Assembly (NCBI GenBank): GCA_037379345.1
Contig: CM074523.1
Location: 28,178,995-28,242,994 of the forward strand
Direction: 5' to 3'
Origin: Perna viridis
Lineage: Eukaryota
DNA length: 64,000 nt
Position numbers and translations under genes: made by a program. This document shows positions 26,577-38,700 of the stretch, piece by piece (the stretch's first letter is position 1; every line of letters starts with the position of its first letter). The notes beneath the pieces were generated by a model that was given only the letters and a program-made list of their open reading frames with translations, was not told the origin of the DNA and made no database searches.

Positions 26577-28364
26577 ATGTCAGCAGTTGTGAAGACGAAG
26601 TGTTGGCTGTGCCCAGAGACGTGTAGTAGCGCCAAAGAATTGCAGAATCATGCAGCATCCTCAAAGCATTCTGCAATGAGAGTTGTCTGTCCATGGTGTT
26701 TTGAAGAACATACCTACAGAACCACGGCGGAGCTTCTGAAACACGTGGACAAGAGGTACAAGTACGTCCTGGATGAGATGAAGAAAGGAGACTTCTTTTC
26801 AGAAGGGAATGGCAACTGGATGGCCCTGAAGCCACAGGACTACAAGAGAGTTACGAATCCCACAGATTACAGCAGTGTTGTTGCAATAAAGACCAGGTCC
26901 ATAGTAGAGAGATGGACGGAGAAGATGAAGAAGACACCATCAAGGAACAAAGAACAGTGGAAAAAAGAATGGGCAGCCAAGAAGACCGGAGAGACAACAC
27001 CTCATAAAGAAGTAAGAAGACTATACAGTCCCTCAAAGCCATCCATTCCTGAGGCAAGGCTCCAGCTAGTGGATCTAGAACTGTCGTCTAAAGGACATGT
27101 TGCTTACCTCCTTGATGAAGGAGGCACCATCGGAGATGTTTGGTACAAGACCGAGATAAACCAGGAAGTAATGATGGACAGAAGGGTCTCTGAAAGGTTA
27201 CTTAGACGACTTCAGACCATAAACTGCACCAGAACCATCCCAGGCAACTTTAATACATTGGCAGGAGACCACCACGGGATTACCAAGGCGGCAGCCAAAG
27301 AACTGGGTATTGCTGAGAAGTACGTCATAAAGGTATTCCGACAGATAACATCATTCTCTGTGGTGTCTAGGAAAAGAAAACTCCAGTGTTTGGCAGAAGA
27401 GTTGAGAGTTGAAGATGATATTGAGATTATCGAGCCTGGGAAAGCAGACCAGAAGAACAAGCAGACAAAAAAAGAAAAGACTGCCCCCAGCATAGCAAAT
27501 TCAACACCATCAGATAAACCATAAGAACAGAAGGCTTTAGAAGCAGAACTACCAGAAAAAGAGTCCATACCATCAAGTCTCCAATTTATTAGGAATGAAC
27601 AACTGAAAGATGTAGAGAAAGAAACATATGAAAGATTACAAGATTCTGACACCCAGAAGGAGGACCAAGATGATACGCCATTGTTTGCCAAGGTAGTGGA
27701 GAAATTGGTAACACCTGCTAAGACGCCATGGAAGAGACTCAAGTCGGAGTACATAGGACGAAAAATGCGCTTGACGATGACAAACTTAACCAAATAGATG
27801 AAGAGGTAGAGAATATAACAAGCCTACCACATGTTGACGATGAAGGCAAGACTCCAGTGAGAGAAAAGGGTCACCGCCTTCTAACTTCAGAAGTTATGCC
27901 CTTGCTACCACCAGCAAGACGAGTATGGGCTGGCATTGATCCCATCGAGTCGGTGAAGACCAGCAAGACAACCATCGTATGGCCACCAGGAAAACTGGTC
28001 AGAGATGACCGAGGAGGTAAAGTTGACCGCGTGGACTTGCACAGCCATGGTAATGGAAATAGAGAATGGAGTAGGGTTAATTAAGGACATCGGAGAACAA
28101 CTGGGTCGGTACGCCTTCCTAGCACTGCCAGGAACCCTTGTTACAAAAAAGGAGAGCAACAAGAACGCTAACGTTCGCCTCCTTAATTACAATATACTCA
28201 GAGACATCTGCCACGGAGAGATAAAGGGAATGGAAGCGGAAAAGTGGATAGACGTTTTCGTTGCAGCAAAGGTGGGAGCTGACACTTTGGGTTCACACGT
28301 CCTTCCTAAGATCAAGCATATTCCTCTCCGTCTAGTCCTTGAACCGATCCGCGCAACGATTTGA
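26577..28364 (+). pseudogene. Accessory third ORF of the Gypsy element with two N-terminal C2H2-like zinc fingers (disrupted)
   Basis: CWLC-x12-H-x5-H and CPWC...H; continues through an in-frame stop at 27522 and two frameshifts via ORFs 27728-28084 and 28005-28364; lies between the integrase and the PPT. Confidence 0.7.
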
Positions 28365-28877
28365 AGGATCGATGACCGTTGACTGATTGATCGCTGACGG
28401 ATCGGTGACCGATGACCGATCAGATCGCAGTTTGTTTTCTGTAAAATGGTGTAAGATCTGTTTGAAATAAAAGAAATGTAAAATAAAGGTATAAATTGAT
28501 GTTTTAATCTATTTCATTATTAAATATGTGTAAATTACAGTGACTGCTCTGTAGTCACGTGATGCGATCACCGGTTTAATGGATCGGTTTGACGGATCGA
28601 TGACTGACAGGAAACTGATCGGTGACCGATGACCGATCGCAATTTTTTGTTACTTGGATCGTTTCAGATACTGTAAGAACAGATATAGCTTAATTTCAAC
28701 TCCTATAAAGACAATCAAGAACGTTTATAATTGCAGAAGTGCCAATTACTCGGACATTTGATATGACTTTGCATGTCGTTTATAACTTTTTGCATGTACT
28801 TGATACCTATACAGGCGATGTGCTGAATATTCCCCTTTTCGTTTTTCTATTTTTGAATTCGGGAGAATTCAGTACTT

Positions 28878-28890
28878 AAGGTGGGGAGGG
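28878..28890 (+). promoter_or_regulatory. Polypurine tract
   Basis: AAGGTGGGGAGGG directly abuts the TG start of the 3' LTR. Confidence 0.88.
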
Positions 28891-29858
28891 TGTAATATAC
28901 CGTTAGGGTAGTCAGAAATTATTCTAAATTTCAGTACGTTTTTTAAGTCCAAGTTACCAAAGCGTTAGGATTCTCTGCCATTTTTGTGGAACATACTCTT
29001 TCCCTGTGGAATTTGGAAAGGATTTTATTATATTTTTTGGCATTTATTTATCTTTGTCAGCCCTTTTTTGTAAAATTGAGACTTGGACATTTAAAAATTA
29101 GGTATTTCTCAGTTTGTACGGCATGTTTATGCATTTAAGGGTTATGCTTACTTAAAATAAGTTTCGGGCTACCCGTATCTCTTATGGAACTGCCACACGT
29201 ACTGTAGTTTCAGCGAAAACATGTGCGACTGATATTTGGAACTTGTCACTTTTATTCTTGGCATTCGTGGAAACGCCGGAAGTTTACATTATATCTTAGC
29301 TTTGGCAGATTTTTGGCATACAAAAGATTATTATCGAGTCTTCCTTAGACCATTTGGCATTACAGAATTTATTTAGGTATTCATTTTATTCATATTGAAG
29401 CGTTCTATTAACTACGTTCTACGGATCTTTTTTTTATGCGTAGGCGTTCATGTACATTCCAATTAAATGACGTTATACGATTCAGGCATAATCAATGACT
29501 CATCCTTGTTTTAAGTTTTTGTGCCGGAAAATCTGAAATATAAGTCTGTATTTTTATTAAAAGTGGTATCTTGGCCGACCGGCAACTTAATGTAAGGTTT
29601 TGATACGATGAGATATCCCACCACACTGACGACCTGCCTAATATAAAAGAGAAGTTACATATATTTTAGGGAACAAGGAAGGCCATCATCCGACATCGTA
29701 TTTTTTGGTTGATTGTTATGCATTGATTAGTTGTTAAATTGGAGGATGTGATGATTTTATGAATACAAATTATTTTTACAACGATATTCTTCATCATTAC
29801 ATTCCCGTCTGCTTGAAGCCAGTCGAAGAAGACCAGACCCACTCGCCCGTCTATTACA
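28891..29858 (+). repeat. 3' LTR (968 bp)
   Basis: Direct repeat of the 5' LTR, ends TATTACA followed by ATAT. Confidence 0.93.
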
Positions 29859-29862
29859 ATAT

Positions 29863-30305
29863 GATATCTAAACCCCTGGGACAATATATCATAACAATAT
29901 CGCACCAGGGGGTTAAATATCGCAGCAGAGGGCTAAAATATCATAATGGGGGTGATCTAACGCAGTAGGAGGGTTGATTTTATTTTAACCCCTGTTGTGA
30001 AATTTTGACCCCTTTATGATATTCCCCCTTCTGTGATAAATTGATAAATTACCCTTCCCCCTTCCTTGGGGTACTTAAACCCCCCATTTACTTTAAATTT
30101 AATCTCTTATTACAATTTTTTAACCCTCCTGCTGCGATAAATTAACCACTTGTTATGATATTTTATCCCCTTTAATGATAACTTAACCCCTCGTTATGAA
30201 ATTTTAACCCACTATTATTATACTTATTAACCCCCTGCTGCAATTAATTACACCCCCTTACAAGTTCAATACTTCTCAGGGGTCAAAATATCATTTGACA
30301 CCAGG
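29863..30305. mobile_element. Non-autonomous DNA-transposon-like repeat built of GGGGT(C/T)AAAATATCAT motifs; continues at ~20060-20112 across the Gypsy insertion
   Basis: Many direct and inverted copies of ATGATATTTT(G/A)ACCCC on both sides of the LTR element. Confidence 0.6.
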
Positions 30306-30665
30306 CTTTCAATTGTGGTTTATTTCCATGATGCTCTATACATTTTTACTAAAGTTATTCAGATATTAAATTCTAAGGACGACGACAATGATGAAAGTGA
30401 CAGTAGCATACCAATATACGACCCGACCGCAAGTTTTGTTTAATCTAACTGAATCCACACCTGTTAGAATCTTAGTACGCTTTTGTTTGTTCACTTCTCT
30501 GTAATCTGTATTTGTGGATCCTTTATTTATGGTGTCAATGGGGAGAGATCGACTGATTAATTCATTGATTGATTGATAACAGTTAATTATTTATTTCCTA
30601 CTTTTTAGTGTAAAATGTTGTTATACTAGTTAAAGTGAAAGCAAGCTGCTTTAATAAGAACCTCT

Positions 30666-30770
30666 TTAGTAGATACAAGCAGGAAGACTAACAATGACCC
30701 CTTTAGTAGATACAAGCAGGCACACTAACAATGACCTCTTTAATTGATACAGACAGGAAGACATGAACCA
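30666..30770. repeat. Short tandem repeat, ~37-bp unit, 2-3 copies
   Basis: TTAGTAGATACAAGCAGG..ACTAACAATGACC repeated. Confidence 0.7.
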
Positions 30771-32600
30771 GATGGTAGAGATGGATTGAACACATTTTAA
30801 GAAAACATCAACAAGACCATAATAAAACAGCCCTTTTCTAGCAACTACAGTGAAAGTCAAGCAGAGATAACGTGGCATTATACCGTTGTGTTGGAAAATT
30901 AACCACTGATGGAAAAACCTACAAAGAATGGCCAAAGAAAGGCAAAAGTGGGATGTCTTTGTTTTTGCTCCAACATCTATCATTAAATCATTCACTGGTT
31001 TCCGAGAGATAAGGCCAAAAAATGTGTTTACTATCAAACCCTGACAACAAAATAGGGTCTGTCATTTTTATTATTGTGAATACGTTTGCGGATCAAGGAC
31101 AAAATTTCAAGAAATTGAAGTCTTCCCAATAAAAAAAGTTGGTGACAAACATATAGGGTATGTTTAGGTACAGTAAACACGATTTTTTTCCTTTATCTTG
31201 AACCAATTACACCAAAAAAATTAATAGATTTTCTTGAATTAGAAGTTAAGTAGCATTCCAGCTAAGAATCATGCAAAATGTGATACATGGTTGGAAAGCC
31301 TACACATTTTTATTTTTGATATTTTGTTCAAAATGCTTCAGTGAACAGAAATTAACATTTGGTTTTTCGTATAACCCGTGCTCATAGGGGATAAAAAAAT
31401 GTTAAGAATGCACTGTAGAATTCAAAATTAAGGGAGATAACTCTGTAAATGACACTCAAATACAATAGAATCTATTGGATTTTCAATGTTGATTATCTCC
31501 TAAGAGCAGGCAGATTTGAATGAATTATTACACATTTCATCCTATAGACCCATAAAAGAACTTAATTACAAAAATAAAAATATGTAGCCTTTTTAGGGTG
31601 TATCACATTTTTCAGATTTTGCATGATTCTTACAAAGACAGTTACTTAATATTTGGATACTTCGAAAACTTAAGAGCAATAACTCTTCTCTTTAAATCAG
31701 GCTAATTATTGAGGAGTACAATGACTTGATTTATCATGTTTTGCAGTATTTTTGAAAAGAAAGAAAATTTAATTGACACATCATCAAAATCGACATATTA
31801 TTAAGTTATTATCACAGTGACTTTAGAACTTGAACTTGTTTTGCACTAAAATTACTTATAAAAAATTAAGTAAATGTTGTTAAAAATAGTACTGTAATAA
31901 AGTCTACAAAAAAGTAAAAAATAACAAAAAGACAAAAAAGAAAAACAATGTAAGCCCTCAAAATGAAAAAAAAAAATTGATGATTCAAATTTTTGTTTGT
32001 TCCCATAAACAAAGTCCTACTATTGATGAATGGTGAATACATTGACATGGAATCAAAATGGATTGTCTCCCTTAGAACTGCAATAAAATACAATGTACTT
32101 AAAAATTACTTAGAATTTAAATTAATGGACTGTATCTCTCTTTGAACTTAATAATTAAGTATAAGTTATTTGTAAGAATCAGGCAAAATGCATGTCAAAA
32201 CCCCAACAATCTATAATTTCACGCAAGGATACTTTCTCTATATAAAAAGACCATAATTTAATCTGCATCACTGGACTTTTTTCAGAATTTTTTAAGAATA
32301 TTAGAAAAATGAAATTTCTAACAGAATTAGTGCCCCTTGAAATGTTCATTTCATGTGTATTTCAATGTGATTTTAACATCTGAACTTTTTTCTTTGATTC
32401 TTACACTGCAAATAGTCAAATTACACTTGTAAAACGGTGTTTTGTTCATACCATATTTCAACTTCTGCCTGATTCTTACAGAGATTGACACTTAAAACAT
32501 ACATTACATAATTCTGAGAGATATAATTAGAAATACTTTAAGCAATCTCAATAAGAAAAAATATCAGTTCTCTAAATAAAGTTAAATGTACATGTAAGAG

Positions 32601-33400
32601 AAACAAGAGGCTCCCAGGAACCTGAATTGCTCCCCTAGAGAAGTTTGTCTTTCAAGGGCAATAAATTTAAGAAGAATTTTTATCTATCATAGTTCTCAAG
32701 ATATTAGCTGAAAACTGTAAAAAAAACTGTCAATTTTCCGTTTTCAAGGGCAACAACTCTTACAGGAATCGTCTGACAACTTTTTTCCCTGAGGACTTTT
32801 GTAGTCCTAATAATATGGATCATTTCTGCTATTGAAAGAATTTGGCTAACCCTAACGGTTTTTTGGATCTTATATGCGAAAAACTACTGTCTAACCCCTA
32901 CGTTTTATTTTTAGTAACAGAGGCATTTTTTTTTGGACAGATCAAAAATCCCCAAATCAATTCTATGCAGGATATCCCAAGTAACATTCATACCAAGTTT
33001 GCTTCTAATTGGTTAAGTAGTGTCAGAGAAGAAGATTTTCGAAGAAATAACAAAAAATACCAAAAACTTTTGAGAAAGGGCAATAACTCCAACATCGCGT
33101 AACGGATTACAATGAAAATTTGACCACAGATAGATCTCATCATGCTGAACACTTGTAGTCGGTGTCAGAATTTAGCTAAACCTAACCGTTTTTGAGATAT
33201 AAGTGAAAAGCTACTGTATGACTCCTATGTTCTATTTTTAGTAACAGCAGCCATTTTTTCGACAAATAAAAAATCCCCATATTAGTTCTATGCAGGATAC
33301 CTTAAGGAACATTCATACCAAGTTTGGTTCAATTGGTCAAGTAGTGTCAGAGGAGACGATTTTTTGAAAGAAATGACATAAAAAATAGCAAAAATGATTT
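32601..33400. mobile_element. Non-autonomous Helentron/HINE-like repeat with an internal ~330-bp tandem duplication
   Basis: Starts AAACAAGAGGCTC; two diverged units (~32820-33070 and ~33150-33395) share CATTCATACCAAGTTTG...AGTAGTGTCAGAG. The family call is from recalled resemblance only. Confidence 0.5.
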
Positions 33401-35261
33401 TTTTTCAGTTTTATACTTTTTTATCACAAATACTTTGAAATGAATATTTGATATAATATAATATGATGAAGGTGAAACCTTTCAAAGCTCTCAAAGAAAC
33501 ATTAATTAAAAACAACTTTGATAATTTTTGTCAGCTTTGATTTGATATATTATACTTAGAACCTTAAATATGCTGAATTTCGTAATGACATTTGGCCTAA
33601 AGCAGTATACTAACAATCTGATGTCTATTGGCCGGAATATCCCGCATCCATAAGGAATTATAAGTTGTCATGGTCCGAAATGTCTGTTGGTCGAATTGCC
33701 CGGCACTAGTACACATAATGGTTCTTATAATTTGCGAAACGTCTTGAGTGATTTTTTTTATCAATTCGTTTTCGCTTCATTCTGTTTCGATTTGTATTGT
33801 TGAATTAAGTTTGTATTATGATATGATTCATTTTACATTTTATCGAATTGTTTAATTCTGATTCTTTCTTTATCAATTATTTTCGTTTCTTTTTTTTTCT
33901 TTTTGTTTTTTGTTTTTTGTTTTTTGTTTTGTTTTTTGTTTTTTGTTTTGCATTTTTTAATAACCCGAGAATTATGGGTAATATTGATTACGTAATTTTC
34001 GTAAACATCTGGCCGACATACTGCAGACTATTATGTCCAATTATCGAAACTTGCGAAATTTTTCGAGACTAGTTTTGCTCTCAATCGCACATATACAAAT
34101 ATACGCAAAATATGCCATTATGCTATTTTTCAGCTCCTGATAAATGAAGGTACAAACCGAATATTGATGTTTTTTCTTGCCATAAATATACAGAATCAAG
34201 TTGGTAATATAACCATAAATGCTCCCTTTGGGAGCGTATGATATGATTCAATCATTGAGATGACGCCTAATGAGCAATTCCCAAACTTAAAACTATGACG
34301 CTGTGACCAAATTTGTAAGCACAATATTCAGATATATAAAGGAATATACCCCGACGGAAAATCAGATGAGAACAATTTTCCAAAAAAAAAAAAAAAAAAC
34401 ATACACTGGAGGAAGGTTAGATAAAAAATATATATATATCAAACTTAGTAAATGATCAAATTGGAAGTCAGCTTATTTTAACAGTGAAGTGTGTAATATA
34501 AAACCCTGGGTACATGTAGCAATACTGACAACTATAAAGATGAGTCTCTGAACTGTATTTGTATATGTAGTTGATACGGCATATCCGCTTTATATAATTA
34601 AAACCATATCTTCTACATTTATACGCGTTATGTCCTATATTTAAAAAATGCTGATACACCCGAAAGCCTGTATGCGTATCTTTGCGAAATCGTATTATTA
34701 TTTACATAACTGGAAAAAAACTTGAATATAGTTCTTTTTTAGAATTTGAATTGATATTCTATGCATTTCAGTAAGTAACGTACAAGTTTTTATCATTTCA
34801 CAATTTGTATATGATAGAATGTTATTTTTTTTGTTAGTGCAAATAGTTCGAATGCAATGATATTTTATTTCACACATAGATCGTTTTTTTTCTAATGATT
34901 GGTACTTTTTTTTATTTAGAATAGAGCATTCTTGCATGTTCAAAATGAAGATTGAAATGTATTCAGCCTTTTGCAAAATCTACTTTCCTAGAAATACTTT
35001 ATATCTGTTGAAAGATGGCGATGCATTATTAACAAAGTAGATCGTTTATAGTTTAGCGTCCTATGACAGATACTTCATTGATCTCATTACGACGGAATCT
35101 ATTTACCAATCAAACAATTAAGTTAATAATAGGTATAAGTAGTAAATTAAATATTGATCTTTTTTGGAAACAAAATTATTCATGCAAATCAGTTTTATTT
35201 TTCAAAAGCGCTCTATTAAAACTTCATATATAAAGACATGTCAAATTATAAGTATGTATTA

Positions 35262-35490
35262 AAGAGTAATCAAGGAAATCAAGGTTATAGCGGTAATAAA
35301 AAAATGTAATCCAGAAACAAAGACCAGACATGGAAAACAGACATACACAACAAAGAACATAAAATAACTAAAATCGTACATAAAAAGTAACAAGAGCAAA
35401 TGAGCAAATCGTACTCCACTAAAAACTGGAGGCATGAACCAGGTGTATCGATAGGGTAAGCGTCCTCCGCTTTTCTAGAAACACCCGCCA
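35262..35490 (-). mobile_element. Penelope-like (Naiad-type) 3' end fragment
   Basis: Matches the family 3' UTR. Confidence 0.85.
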
Positions 35491-35603
35491 TAAAATAAAA
35501 TATACATTTATTACTTAAATCAGGGATTTTAAACAAAAAACAAAGAAAAAATTCAGCAAGATTTATAGCGTTATTGAAAAAAAATATATATATTAGATGA
35601 TTT

Positions 35604-35714
35604 CTATTTGACAATTAGCACATGATAAACGTCTGCATCAGATAAGATGGTCGTCGTATCTCCAGATATCAGAATTGTCTCTTTAAAATTGTCGTCACAT
35701 CTTTGTACACCTAT
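35604..35714 (-). CDS. Last exon of the ShKT/amidase-like gene
   Basis: TTTTAG acceptor; IGVQRCDDNFKETILISGDTTTILSDADVYHVLIVK*. Confidence 0.72.
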   Translation of the reverse strand: MGVQRCDDNFKETILISGDTTTILSDADVYHVLIVK

Positions 35715-38700
35715 CTAAAAGTAAACAAACAGTTGTTTTCATATGAGGCAAAAACAATCTGTATGATGACTAAATTATGCGGCATAGAGTTCTAATTGAT
35801 GCATTTAGTCGTACTTTAGTATTTTGCAGACCGAATGGTCCAATAATCCTTCAAATTCGGAACCACTAGACCTTTATCGCTATATACTTTGTAACGTGAC
35901 AGGCTGAGGAGTTCTGTTCAGTGCTTGCTTAACAAATAACTTTTTCGCAATATAAAATCATCGTTTCCAATGGCTTGCGTCATATACCGCCACTTCCAAA
36001 GTGGTGGCATATAGTGGTTTGTTCGTCATTCCTTCCATTGCGCAGGAAAAGGGGGAGGGGTTATCTTAACAAATACTCACTGAACGGAATTGAATGAATT
36101 GTTCACGCAACATGTTCCTATTACGCACTTCTTATTTATATGTTAATACAAATCATTTTGGGGTTTCCCATACCCCCACCCGCCCATTTAACATCACTGA
36201 ATGGAAATATTTCACTGTGTACCTCCTATGTTTGGCTTAAATCATAGAGTAATTAAGGGAATCACAGTTCTAGCGGAAATCAAAAGAATGTAATCCAGAG
36301 ACAAAGACCAGACATGAAAAACAGACAAACACAACAAAGAACAAAAAGCATACAAAGTAACAGAAGTAAATGAGCAGCTCGGACTCCACTGAAAACTGGG
36401 AGCATGGACCAGGTTCAGTGGTAGGGTGAGCGTCCTCTGCTTTTCTAGGAACATCCGCCGATTCACGCGTTTATGATGACGACGATAAAACTTTTGAAGT
36501 GAAGACTTCAGTCTTGTAGCAACATATCCCTGTTCAAGAAGCCTAATTGTAAGAAGTCTAGCGCGATACAAAAAGTCTGCGTAGTTACGGCAAGCTCTGG
36601 CATGATGTATGAGCTATGAAATGAAAAACTCTTTATGCAGTTGCTGAATGGATGTTGCCTCCAATGAAAGGAAAGTTGGCAATTCTGAATGAAACTATTG
36701 TCGTAAAGTTTTGTCGATAGTTATATGAGGCTGACTTCACAGTGTCTGTAGTATCCTTTATCTCAAGTTCTTTGGGGTAGATGCGATGTATCAAATCCCA
36801 AAAACTAGCATTGTTTAACGATAATACGTCATCTACATGTTTATAGCGGAAACAGCTAAGGATCTAGCTAAACGATGTTCCTTCATTCAGTTCAGATCAG
36901 CTATGAAGTCAGCCTCATATGAGTGAATGAATAGGTCAGCAAGTAGAGGAGTACAATTTGTTGCCACTGGAATGCCGAACGTTTGTTGAAAAACTCGTCC
37001 ACCACACTGGACAAATATGTTGTCGATGGATAATTCCAGCATTTTGAAAACATCTTCGTTTTTCGTTTAATAGAAGTAAATAACAACATGAGGACTTATC
37101 CGTATACCATTCATTTAATCAGTCAACAATATTATCATCCCTAGAATCTACTATCACGAACTAAAAAATATATGATATAAAAAGAAATTTACTTGGCTTA
37201 CCTTAAATCCGTTTTTAGTACAGCCTAAAAATAATCCTATTTCGTGCGAAAATGACCCAAAAGATGACACTGGAGTATAGAGTGGTATTAAGTCACAACT
37301 CAGTGTAACCTTGAAATATATGGCATTATCTTTAATAAGAAGAGCAATATTATATTTTTTAAGCATTACAACTTGTCAATTTATAAGTAAAAACAGGAAA
37401 AAATGATTTAAAATAGAAAATGTGACAAGATTACCAATGAGACAGTCATCTACCAAAATCCAAGCAACGAAAAACTATAAATTTTTAAAGGTCACCACAC
37501 CGTCTTTAATGAAGGGCCAAACCCATATTATAAAGTAATCTGTAAAAGGCTCAGAAAAAAAAAATGAAACTATTCATACAAGATGAAAATCTATCCTATA
37601 TATTTAAAAATACATAAACAAACTAAGAACGAACATAAAAAAAACAACAAATAAAAACAACATCAACTGGATTACATGTTCCTGGCCTGAGACATCAAGT
37701 ATTTGGGGGATATACTTGTTAATGAGCGATCATATTTTCTCCATACATGGAAAAGTGGTGGTAAAATACAGCAATACAAATATGTTGAATGTGGATTTAA
37801 CTGTTCAGATTGATAAAGAATACAAACACTTAAGCAAATAGAACAAAAGACAACAAGCTGCGTCTACCTTGTAAAAGTAATCACTTTTTCTGTGGGCTAC
37901 TTCAAAATCCTAAAGTAACTAATAAGCACGTCCCGTTTACTAAAACAAAAATATCAATTAAACACGCTCAGCAGGACAATATGCCAGCATATCATTTTGC
38001 AACACACTAGACGAAGTAATAAAATCGGTAAGATGCTGGACATGTGAGTAATCTCAGGATAGAAAATTCCATCTTAAGAATTTGAAAACTTTTTAAAGTT
38101 ATTTTTTGTATAACTTGTATTTTAAGTATTTTTAGCTCCTTTTACATGTATTTTAACTTTTTTCCGTTACTAATATCTTCTGTACCGTTTGATGGCTTTT
38201 TAGTCACTGAGACGGGCCCCGGCCATTGTTTTGTTTTGTCCGTTTGAGTTCTAATGTACCAGAAATAAATAGCCGAAAAGGCAGCGGGTGGTTCAGCGCG
38301 CTATAAAATCTGGTGTTACCCCACTTGTTTTATTGGTAATGTCTGTATCAAGTCATGACCATTTCTGTTGTTTCAAACTTTCGGGTTTTGCCTTACAATG
38401 GTAATTTGTAATTTTCATACGATCTTTTCAATTTCCAACCGTTTTGATTTTCATGTATCACGTGATTATTATAATTAAGCCAAAACTCAAATAAATCGCA
38501 GCTAACAAAAATTATTAAGCATGATTTCATTATTATAGATAGCAGTGATTTATCAAATGTTTCCAAACATTTTCGATAATTCAAACTTTGAAATAAATTC
38601 TGTAATTTCATTCTCGGCCTGTATTCGGCCAATACTTCACAAACCGAATACATCACGCCGTCGTTTTCAAATTCTACAATTAAATGCATGTTGAAATTCG

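Larger units (their letters stand above)
20113..29858 (+). mobile_element. Full-length decayed Ty3/Gypsy LTR retrotransposon with an extra 3' ORF
   Basis: LTRs TGTAA...TTACA at 20113-21516 and 28891-29858; ATAT TSD at 20109-20112 and 29859-29862; PPT immediately before the 3' LTR; gag-PR-RT-RH-IN order. Confidence 0.96.

Noticed and set aside
24632-27793. Long minus-strand ORFs (159, 123 and 193 aa)
   Set aside because: Antisense shadows of Gypsy pol and ORF3.
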